From assembly GCA_000217635.1 (NCBI GenBank), contig CP001817.1:330001-362000 (forward strand): a stretch of DNA of 32,000 bases, given 5' to 3'. This document shows positions 17,254-27,276 of the stretch, in pieces; within the stretch, counting starts at the first letter, position 1; each line of letters opens with the position of its first letter. This stretch comes from Candidatus Saccharimonadota bacterium (GTDB lineage Bacteria; Pseudomonadota; Gammaproteobacteria; Enterobacterales; Enterobacteriaceae). The notes under the pieces were generated by a model. The model ran no database searches, was not told where the DNA came from, and saw only the letters and a program-made list of their open reading frames with translations. The position numbers and the translations under genes were made by a program.

Positions 17254-20200
17254 ATGTTAACTATCCACCAATCTAATAAATTACAATATTTAATAGAAAA
17301 AATCTGTAAAAAAATTAAGTTTTATAAAAAAAAATTTTAGAAAAAAATATTTTTTTAATTGATAATAAAAATATTCAACAATGGTTGGATATAAAAATTT
17401 CAAGAAAAATGAATATAACTGCTAATATAGATTATATTAATTATAAATATTTTTTTATTAATTTAATTTATCGTACCCAAAAAATCAAAAAAAATCCTTT
17501 ATTTAATAAATACTACCTTACATGGAATTTAATGTCTATTATTCATGATGTACCAATTAATAAAAATAAAAAAATGTTTTTATATAAAAATTTTCAACTT
17601 TGTCTATATTTAGCTAAACTTTTTATCACTTATCTTTATTTAAAGCCACATTGGATTTATAAATGGGAAAATGAAAAAAATAATTTAACATTAAAAAAAT
17701 CTCATATATGGCAAAAAAATCTGTGGAATAAATTAATAAAAAAATTAAAAAATAATAGCTTTACTCAATTAATTAAAACATTTTATTTATCTATAAGAGA
17801 TAAAAAAATAAAAAATTTTCTACCATCAAATATATTCATTATATGTCTAGAAAAAAATATTCCACTAAATAATTTTATTTTATCTATAATTAGTGAATAT
17901 ACTATAATACATAAATATCAATATATTGTTACTAACAATATAGAAAAAAATCAGTTAAAAAAAATTTCTAAAAAAATTAATCTAAAAGAAAAGGGAAACT
18001 CTAAACATTTAAATATAAGAATTATAAAAAAATTTTTTTTATTAAAAAAAACCAAAATCCTTATTTACTACAACAATTACAGTCTGATATTTTTTACTCT
18101 AAAAATACAAAAAAATAAAAAAATCAAATATCATTTATATGATCGTTCTATTTCTATTCATCAATGCATTTCATTGTATCAAGAAGTGGAAATTTTATAT
18201 CAATATATAACTCAAAAAATGAATTCAGATACAAAATTAAAACCCCACAATATTTTAATTACAGCAAAAAATATAAAAATATATAGTCCATATATTGATT
18301 ATATATTCAAATATAAAAAAATAGTTATTTATTGCTTAATAATAAAAAAAGTACTACCCCATACCTTGAAGAAAGGATTTTTTTCAACAATAAAAAAACT
18401 ACTGACAATAAATAATAACTATTTAAAATATTCTTGGATTTTATCTATATTAGATAACAGTTATATACGAAAAAAATTCTCTATTCACTCTAAAGATATT
18501 TCTACAATATATTTTTGGATATTAGAACTTGGCATATATTGGGGTTTTGATAAAACTCATTTAAATAATTTATCTTTACCAAAAATTGAACAATATACTT
18601 GGGATTTTGCTATTAAAAAAATAATATCTGGATGTTTTTTTAATAAAAAAGATAATTCATGGAATAATATTTTTCCATTTAGTTTGTCACATCATCAAGG
18701 ATATATTTTATTAGGAAATTTTATTAAATTTATATTATGTTTAAAAAAATTATATAAAAATATTCATACAAAAAAGAAATTAAAAAGTTGGTTAAATATT
18801 CTCCCTAATATTATAAAAAATTTTTTTAAAGTTTCAAATAAAAATAAAAAATTTTTTTATCAATTAAAAAAAATTGGTATAATATTATTATATACGGAAT
18901 ACAAGAAAATTATTCAAAAAAAATTTCTATTAATGAAATTGTATATGAATTTTTTCAAAAAAAAATATTTTTTAAAAAAATATTTAAATATTATATCAGG
19001 AACATTAAATTTTTCAAAATTACAAAAAATTAAAAACATACCATTTAAAATGATTTGCATATTAGGTTGTACTAAAAAAATACGTATTGAAAAAAAAAAT
19101 GCATTAAACTTAATAAAAACCAATAAATTTAAATATGATAATAATCAAAAGATTTTTTTTAACACAATAATGTCTGCAAAAAATTATTTATATTGCAGTT
19201 ATGTATTTAATGACAAAAATCAAAATATTAAAAATAGTTCATCTCTTTTTATAGATAACTTATTAATTTATATTCAAAAAAAATTTTATTATATTACTTA
19301 TAGTATAAATAATAAAATTAAAAAAAATAATAATATTTTAAAATATATTTTTCATAATCATTTAAAAACTGTTAAAAAAAATAAAACAAATAAAAAAATT
19401 TTATTATGTAACTATAAAAAAATTAATTTTTTTTATCTAAAAATAGAATTAAAAAATTTAATTCAATTTTGGAAAAATCCTATTAATTATTTTTTTAATA
19501 AAACTTTAAAAATTAAAATAAATTTAAATGAAAATGACACTCTTTTAAAAAATGAAATATTTTCAGTTGGTTTCTTAGAAAAATATAAAATAAAAAAAAA
19601 TATTATCATTTTTACTTTCTCAAAAAAAAACAAAAAGATATTTTTATATTATCAAAATACAGGAAAAATACCATATGGAACTATTGGAAAAATATTTTGG
19701 AATAACCAAAAGAAAAAAATAAAAAAACTAGTAAATCGCATTCATAAAAATCGAAATCAACCTAAAAAAATAAAATTCAAATTAAAAATACAGGAATATC
19801 AAATATCTGGAAAATTATCGGAAATTAATCATATAGGTTTAATTCGTTGGACTGTAACAAAAATAAATTATAATAATATTATTTCTTTATGGTTAGAGCA
19901 TCTTGTATATTGTGCATTAGATTATAAAAAAAAAAGTATTTTATTAAGTATTGACGATAAAATATTAGAATTTTCTTCTATAAAAAAATCAAAAGCATTA
20001 TTTTATTTAAAAAAATATATTCAAGGTTATCGAATGGGATTAAAAAAACCAATATTATTTTTAAAATCTGGGATTAATTGGTTAAATTATACTTATATAC
20101 ATAAAAAATCAAATTCAAAAAATATAGCAATAAAAAAATTTTTAGAAACATGGAATGGAAATTTCCAATATGACGGAGAAAAAAATAATATATATGTACA

Positions 20201-20309
20201 AAAAATAATACCAAAAATAAATGAAAAATATATTAAAAAAATATGTAACACATGTAAATATTGGTATTTACCAGTATTAAAAAATTACACAATTAAACAA
20301 TCAATTTAA
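17254..20309 (+). pseudogene. recC: Exodeoxyribonuclease V gamma subunit RecC; N-terminal frameshift at an A9 tract plus internal compensated shifts
   Basis: The ATG at 17254 gives MLTIHQSNKLQYLIEKICKKIKFYKKKF and then a stop (E. coli MLRVYHSNRLDVLEALMEF...). The -1 frame continues ILEKNIFLIDNKNIQQWLDIKISRKMNITANID into the 974-aa ORF at 17385-20309. That ORF is collinear with RecC (FNK..L.W.LM, WQ..LW..L, SISIHQC, YSPYI, LWLEHLVYCA). The junction is at A9 17326-17334. Confidence 0.85.
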
Positions 20310-20328
20310 AAATTTTTATAAATAAAAT

Positions 20329-23300
20329 ATGCAATACATAAAATATGATGAATTTAAATTTCCTAGTCCAGATATTACTTTAATTGAAGCTTCTGCAGGA
20401 ACCGGAAAAACGTTTTCCATTATAATATTATATTTACGCTTATTAATTAATAGTGGATTAAAAAAAAAATATAAACGCTCTATATCATCTAAAAATATTC
20501 TTATCGTAACATTTACTGAAGCATCTAAAAATGAATTACAAAAAAGATTATATTTAGGAATTACACAATTATATTCCGCTTGTATAAATAAAAAAACAAA
20601 AGTAGATTACATAAAAAATATTTTTCATGATATACAAGATTATATTTTAGTACAAAAGATATTAAAAAAATTAAAAATAATACAGATAATATATCTGTAT
20701 TCACATTTCATGGTTTTTTTGGTCTATATTAAATGAATATAAATTTTTTTATAAAGAAAAAATTCCTGAAAACATTATTAAAAATATGTATCCAATAAAA
20801 CTACGTGCAATACAAAATTTTTGGAGAAATAATATTTATTATTTTTCTCAAGATGTAGCTGCGATTTTTATAAAAAAATGGTCGGATCCTCAAAAATTAC
20901 TTGAATATTTATACAAATGGCTAGATAACTCACATCTTCAAATATATCAAAAAAAAATTGAAATAAAAACAATTGAACAAAAACATATAAAATTAATTAA
21001 TCAAATAAAAAATCTTAAAAATATATGGAATCAGGAAAAAAATAATATTTTTTTATTATTTTCACAATTAAAAATTAATAAAAAAATATATAATCAAAAA
21101 AATTTAAAAATATGGTATGAACGAATTCAATCATGGACAACAAAAAAAACATATAATTATAAATTTCCAAATATTTTAAAATATTTTAGTTTAAAAAAAA
21201 TAAAAAATCATGTCAAAAATCATACGAAATTACGATATCATTTTTTTATCAAGTAGATATATTTTATGATCTATTTATATCATTAGATCAATTATATATT
21301 TCTTTTGCATTAGTTAATACCTTAAAAGCTATTAAAAATGAAAAAAAAATAAAAAATGGACTTGATTTTAATGATATTACAAAAATATTTTTAAAACAAA
21401 TTCAGTGTAAATCATCGAAAATAAAGAAAATAATCAAAAAAAATATCCAATTACTATTATTGATGAATTTCAAGATATCGATAGCATGCAATATGAAATT
21501 TTTTATCAAATTTATAGAAAATCAAAAAAAGAATCATTAATTTTATTTGGCGATCCTAAACAATCAATATATAGTTTTCGTAATGCTAACATATTTTATT
21601 ATTTTAAATTAAAAAAAATTAAAAATATTATTTCTTAAAAAAAAACTTTCGTTCTTCTCATAATATTATTGAAGCTATTAATATTTTATTTAAAAATATA
21701 AAAAAACCTTTCTTATTTAAAGACATCAGATTTAAAAAATCAAAAAAATATATCAATAATAAAAAAATGAATTTTTCTATAAACAATATCCCTCAATCTG
21801 CATTAAAATTCTATCTATATCCAAAAAAATAAGCACAATAGAAAATTATTATCAATGGATATCAAAAAAATGTGCAAATAATATTTCTTTATGGTTATTT
21901 TCAGAAAAAATAAAAATATTACAATTACTTTACGAAATAATATCTCACGTAACATTCGTCCTCAAGATATTGCGATATTAGTAAAAAATAAATATGAAGC
22001 CAAGTATATAATTCAAGCTCTCAAAAAACTAGATATACCAGCAATTTATACATCTCATATTGAAGATGTTTTTAAATGTCTTGAAACAAAAGAAATAATA
22101 TGGATTCTAGATTCCATATTACACCCATTAGATAAAAAAAAATTTCAAAAAATATTAATTACTCGAATATTAAATAAAAACATTAATGAAATTTATGAAA
22201 TTAATAAAAAAAAAGAAAAATATAATAATTTAATGAAACAAATAATAAAATATCTAAATATCTGGAATAAATACGGACTTTTTAATGTTATTGAAAAAAT
22301 AATTATCGACTTTAATATTTCTAAAAAAAATAACTCTAACTTAGAAAATAATATAAATATAAGAATATTTTATTATTAAGAGATGTTTTAATAAAAAAAC
22401 AAAAAAAATATTAAATAAATTCTTATTATTATCATGGTTAAAAAATAAGTTCTTAAAAAGTAAAGAACAAAAAAATATAAAAAATATCAAAAAAAATCCT
22501 GATGAAACATTATTTGTTAATAATGTTAATATTATTACTATTTATAAATCGAAAGGTTTAGAATACCCTATAGTTTGGATACCATTTTTTAGCAATTTTT
22601 ATAAAAAAAAGATAAAACATTTTATTGTAGAAAAAATATAAAAAATATTAGATTTAAGTAATAATAAAATAAACCAAAAATTATCTGAAGAAGAAAGATT
22701 ATCCGAGGATTTGCGGTTATTATATGTTGCAATTACACGTAGTATATTGCATTGTAGTATTGGGATAGCACCAATAATAAAAAGAAGATTCACAATAAAA
22801 AAACAGATACCAAAAACAGATTTATATCAAAGTGCATTAGGATATTTATTAAAACAAAAAAAAAAAAGTAGTTATGAAGATTTAAAAATATCTCTATACA
22901 ATATACAAAAAAAAAATGTCATTGAAATCTCTGAAAGAGAGGTGTGCTTAACAACAAAAACAAGAGAATATCCAAAATTAGAAAGTATTCAAAAAATTCA
23001 TGAAATTCATAAAACAAGAAACATATTACATCCATGGAAAAGAATTAGTTTTTCGAAATTAAATAAGAAAAATACAAAAAAAAATATAAATTATAATTTA
23101 AATATTATTAATAATTTTACAGAAAATAAAAAAAATAATTCTAAAAAAGTATTCCTTTATGGAGCTGAATATGGAATTTTTTTACATAATATTTTAAAAA
23201 ATATTAATTTCTCGAAACCAGAAAATATAAAAGAAAAAATAAAAAATTTTAATTATTTGTCTTTATCTACAAGTTTAATAAATAAAATAGATAAATTAAT

Positions 23301-23859
23301 TAATACAATGATATTCACGTTACTAAAAAATTTTAAAATTTCATTAATTCAATTAAATTCTACAGAATATACACAAGAAATGAATTTTACACTTCCAATA
23401 AAAAAATATATTAACTTTAATATTATAAATTTTTACATTAAAAAATATGATGATATATCTGCATTATGTCCTGATTTATCATTGTATAAAATCTCCGGAA
23501 TTTTAACAGGTAGTATTGATTTAATTTTTAAATGGAAAAATAAATTTTATTTTATAGATTATAAATCCAATTGGTTGGGATCAGATAACTTTTCTTATAG
23601 TAATAAAAAAATAAAATTAGAAATAATAAAACATCGTTATGATTTACAATATCAAATTTATACTTTAGCTATACATCGTTATCTTAAAAATCACGTTAAA
23701 AATTATAGTTATAAAAAAATTTTGGTGGAACTTTTTATATTTTTTTTAAGAGCGTTCGAAAAAAAAGGAAAGAATTCTGGAATATTTTTTAAAAAACCGT
23801 CTTATCTATTAATTAATAAATTAGATTATTTATTTAACGGAATATTATATAATGATTAA
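20329..23859 (+). pseudogene. recB: Exodeoxyribonuclease V beta subunit RecB, heavily frameshifted: about 9 consecutive -1 lesions plus an in-frame TAA
   Basis: Homology to RecB can be followed across frames. The blocks are IEASAGTGKTFSI, VTFTEASKNELQ, VFTFHGFF, WSILNEY...NFWRNN..., GLDFNDI, ITIIDEFQDIDSMQYEIF, LILFGDPKQSIYSFRNANIF, NFRSSHNIIEAIN, IRPQDIAILVKN, IYKSKGLEYPIVWIPF, ERLSEDLRLLYVAITRS and GSIDLIFKW...FIDYKSNWLG...HRYDLQYQIYTLAIHRYL. ORF-track entries 20329-20736, 20786-21256, 21891-22379 and 22711-23859 are fragments of this gene. Confidence 0.9.
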
Positions 23860-25715
23860 TCAAAAAAAATATTTTTTAAAAAAATTACAAAAAGCACAAG
23901 AACAAGGAAAGATACATAATATTGATTTTTATTGTTGTACATTATTAATTCCAAATGCACCTTCAGAAATTAAATTAATTATATTATATTTAAGTTATGC
24001 GATTCATTGGGGACATAGTTGTTTACCAGTCAAATTATTTAAAAAAAAATTTTTTCTTGAAAAAAAAGATAGCTTTATTAAATATTTATGGAGTTCTATT
24101 ATTCATACTAAATCTTGGTTTCAATGTATACTGAAAAGTAAATTTTGTAGCAATGGGTCTATTGTTACACCTTTAGTGTTTCAAAAAGAAAAAATTTACC
24201 TGTATAGATATTGGAATTCTGAAAGAAAAATTATTAACTTTATTATTCATCATCAAGAAATAACAGACCAAAAAATAAAAAAATATAGAATATTATTTAA
24301 AAAATATTGCACCAAAAATATAGATAAAGTTCAAAAAATTGCTATTGGTGTTATGTTATTAAATAACATCTCTTTTATTTTAGGAGGTCCGGGTACCGGT
24401 AAAACTAGTATAATCACCTATCTAATTTTATTATTAATAAAATCTACAAAAAAAAATATTAATATACAATTAACAGCTCCAACCGGAAAAGCTGCATCTC
24501 GAATTACTGAAGTTGTATATCAAAAATTATCTACTAAAAATCTTACTGTAAAAGAAAAAAGGTTTTTACCTAAAAAAGGAATCACACTTCATCGTTTATT
24601 TAATATCCAAAAAAACACTAATGAAATACATTCATATAAATATATTAAAAAAAAAATTTCTAATATCGATTTATTAATTATTGATGAAGCATCTATGATC
24701 GATTTATATATGATGGAAAATATTTCTAATATTATCCAAAAAAAACAAAAATAATTTTTTTAGGTGATATTAATCAATTACCACCTATAGAAGTTGGTTC
24801 TGTTATAAAAGAACTATGCAAAAAAGCAAATAATAAATATAGTAAAGAATTTTCTCAAAAATTATCATTAATAACTCAAAAAAAAATTCAAAATAACACA
24901 TTAGAAAATCATTTTAATATAAATGATACAATGATTGTTTTAAAAAAAAGTATAGATTTAAAAAAAATCAGGAATTGGAATTTTTTCTACACTATTAGAA
25001 AAAGAAAAGTATATTAATATCTCTTCTATCATTAAAGAAAAAAATTCAGATATAATCTGGAAAAAATTAAAAACAAAAAATCATTATTTTTGTATGTTAA
25101 AAGAAATTCTAAATATATATCAACATTATTGGATTTATGTGCAAAATAAAAAAAACAAACCAAAAAAATTATTGATTATTTTAATAAATATAGAATTTTA
25201 TGTGCATTATTAAATGGTCCATTTGGGATTAACATGATCAATAATTATATAGAAAAAAATATGTATCATTCAAATAAAAACCCAGCCCAAAAAAAATATA
25301 TCCCTGGTACCATGGAAAACCAATTGTCATCACAAAAAATAATAATTCATTAAAATTATTTAATGGAGAAATTGGTATATGTTTATTAAATAAGCAAAAT
25401 AAATTAAAAATTTTTTTTTTATCTCATAAAAGAAAAATAAAAACCATTGATCCATCATTAATAACCCATTTTGAAGTAGCATGGTCCACTACAATTCATA
25501 AAGCTCAAGGATCTGAATTTTCTTATGTAACTTTAATTCTTCCAAACTACATCTCCAAAATATTATCAAAAGAATTAATTTATACAGGAATTACTCGAGC
25601 TAAAAAAAAAATTACAATATATTCTAATTTTACTATTTTAAAAAATACTATTAATTTTAAAAAAAAGAGATATTCTGGATTATATTCAAATATTATAAAA
25701 AATAAAAAAAATTAA
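23852..25715 (+). pseudogene. recD: Exodeoxyribonuclease V alpha subunit RecD, split by four homopolymer frameshifts
   Basis: The start overlaps the recB stop (ATGATTAA). The blocks are ILGGPGTGKTS, LTAPTGKAASR, TLHRL and LLIIDEASMID, then a stop at 24752. The -1 frame gives IIFLGDINQLPPIEVGSV. The next frames give SGIGIFSTLLEKE, then YRILCALLNGPFGIN, then PWYHGKPIVITKNN..LKLFNGEIGI...AWSTTIHKAQGSEF..V.LILP...ELIYTGITRAKKK, with a stop at 25713-25715. Confidence 0.9.
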
Positions 25716-25717
25716 TA

Positions 25718-25757
25718 AGTTATTTAGTTATTTAGTTATTTAGTTATTTAGTTATTT
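25718..25757. repeat. Perfect tandem repeat, 5 copies of the 8-bp unit AGTTATTT
   Basis: Read directly. The units are at 25718-25, 25726-33, 25734-41, 25742-49 and 25750-57. The array starts 3 nt after the recD stop. Confidence 0.95.
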
Positions 25758-25761
25758 AAGA

Positions 25762-25779
25762 TTTTTATAATTATAAAAA
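25762..25779. repeat. Perfect 18-bp A/T palindrome, TTTTTATAATTATAAAAA
   Basis: Self-complementary by direct reading. It lies between the convergent recD and tRNA-fMet genes. Confidence 0.6.
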
Positions 25780-25852
25780 AATACTTACAGGAGAATAGGA
25801 TATTATCAAGGTTAGAAGTATAGTAAAGGTTAATTAGTATTAAATAATTTTA

Positions 25853-25929
<77 letters not shown>

Positions 25930-26141
25930 ATTACAATTATTATTATACTCTTTTATCTATAAAATACAATACTTTTTTATAAAAAATTAAAACTTATAAA
26001 TATTTAAAAATCTATTTAAATTTTTAAATAAAGATTTATTTTAATACAGATAAAAGATAAAATATATCAACAAAAAATTTTGTACATTATAAATTTTTTA
26101 TATATGTTTACAATTCTTTAAATTAAAAACAGTAGAATAAT

Positions 26142-26570
26142 ATGATCCCTAAAAAAAGACGGCAAGCACGCATTTTAGCTTTACAAGTATTATATGCATG
26201 GCAAATTTCTAAAAATAATTTAATTACTCAAATTAAAAAATTTATTCTAAAGAAAACAAGGATTTTTTATATAGACGAAATCTACTTTCATGAAATTATT
26301 TCTGGTGTTATTGATAATGTTATTTATTTAGATAAATTGATATCTCCTGTTTGTCAAAAAATATACAAAAAACTAGATTGTATTGAAAAAAATATTCTAA
26401 GAATTTCTTCATACGAAATTTTTAAACGCACAGATATTCCATATAAAGTAACTATTAATGAAGGAATAGAATTAGCAAAAATTTTTGGATCATGCACGAG
26501 TCATAAATTTATTAATGGAGTATTAGATTCTATTTTATTAATTAAGAAAAAAAAACATAAAAAAAATTAA
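26142..26570 (+). CDS. nusB: Transcription antitermination factor NusB
   Basis: 142-aa ORF with RRQARILALQVLYAWQIS, DIPYKVTINEGIELAK and SHKFINGVLD. Confidence 0.93.
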   Translation: MIPKKRRQARILALQVLYAWQISKNNLITQIKKFILKKTRIFYIDEIYFHEIISGVIDNVIYLDKLISPVCQKIYKKLDCIEKNILRISSYEIFKRTDIPYKVTINEGIELAKIFGSCTSHKFINGVLDSILLIKKKKHKKN

Positions 26571-26963
26571 ATAATTTAATTTCATTAAGTAATAATTTTT
26601 TATTATAAAAACTTATATTTTTTAAAAAAATAATATAGTATTAATTTAAAAATTAAAATAGATAAATAATAAATATATATTTAATATATATTTAATATAT
26701 AAAAAAAATAAAAAAAATGAAATAATTTATAAGAAAATTTTATAATATTTCTATGTTATTCTCACTTTAATAATTTCACTATTAACTTATGAAAATAAAT
26801 AATAATTCAACATGATTATTTAAAAAATATTTAAAACATTAATAATTAATAAAAATTTTAAATGTATTTAAAAAAACTTTAAAAAATATTAATATTCTTG
26901 ATCTAATTAATTATAATTTATTATTTTTCTATATATAATATAAACAGGACATTAATAAAAAAT

Positions 26964-27275
26964 ATGAATAAAAAAACAAAATATTATAAAAACAACAAAA
27001 AAATACCTAAACAATGGAATATAAAAAAAGCACATTTAATTGCTAAAAAATTAAATATTTTATTAACCCACGAACACTGGAAAATTATTTTTTTAATAAA
27101 GAAATTTTATAAAAAATATAATATTATTCCAACTACACGTATGTTATTATTATCTTTAAAAAAAGAATATAAAATGTTATTAACTAGTCAAGATTTATAT
27201 ATACTTTTTAAAAATACACCGATGAAAAACATAAGTAAAATTTCCGGTTTACCAGAACCTCAAACATGTTTATAA
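26964..27275 (+). CDS. tusE: Sulfurtransferase TusE (DsrC family)
   Basis: 103-aa ORF with HW.II.....FY..YN..P..RML and the C-terminus ISGLPEPQTCL (E. coli IAGLPKPVKCI), which carries the conserved penultimate-region Cys. Confidence 0.85.
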   Translation: MNKKTKYYKNNKKIPKQWNIKKAHLIAKKLNILLTHEHWKIIFLIKKFYKKYNIIPTTRMLLLSLKKEYKMLLTSQDLYILFKNTPMKNISKISGLPEPQTCL

Positions 27276-27276
27276 A

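Noticed and set aside
18914-19123. 69-aa minus-strand ORF inside recC
   Set aside because: It is an antisense Phe/Lys/Asn-rich artefact of poly(A)/poly(T) coding sequence.
22599-22793. 64-aa minus-strand ORF inside recB
   Set aside because: It lies antisense to a recB segment that has a clear sense-strand match (ERLSEDLRLLYVAITRS).
20786-23859. ORF-track entries 20786-21256, 21891-22379 and 22711-23859 read as independent novel genes
   Set aside because: Each is collinear with successive parts of RecB and joins its neighbours through homopolymer frameshifts. They are fragments, not new genes.
25718-25757. Possible CRISPR array
   Set aside because: The repeats are 8 bp and directly abutting, with no spacers and no cas genes. 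This is a simple tandem repeat.
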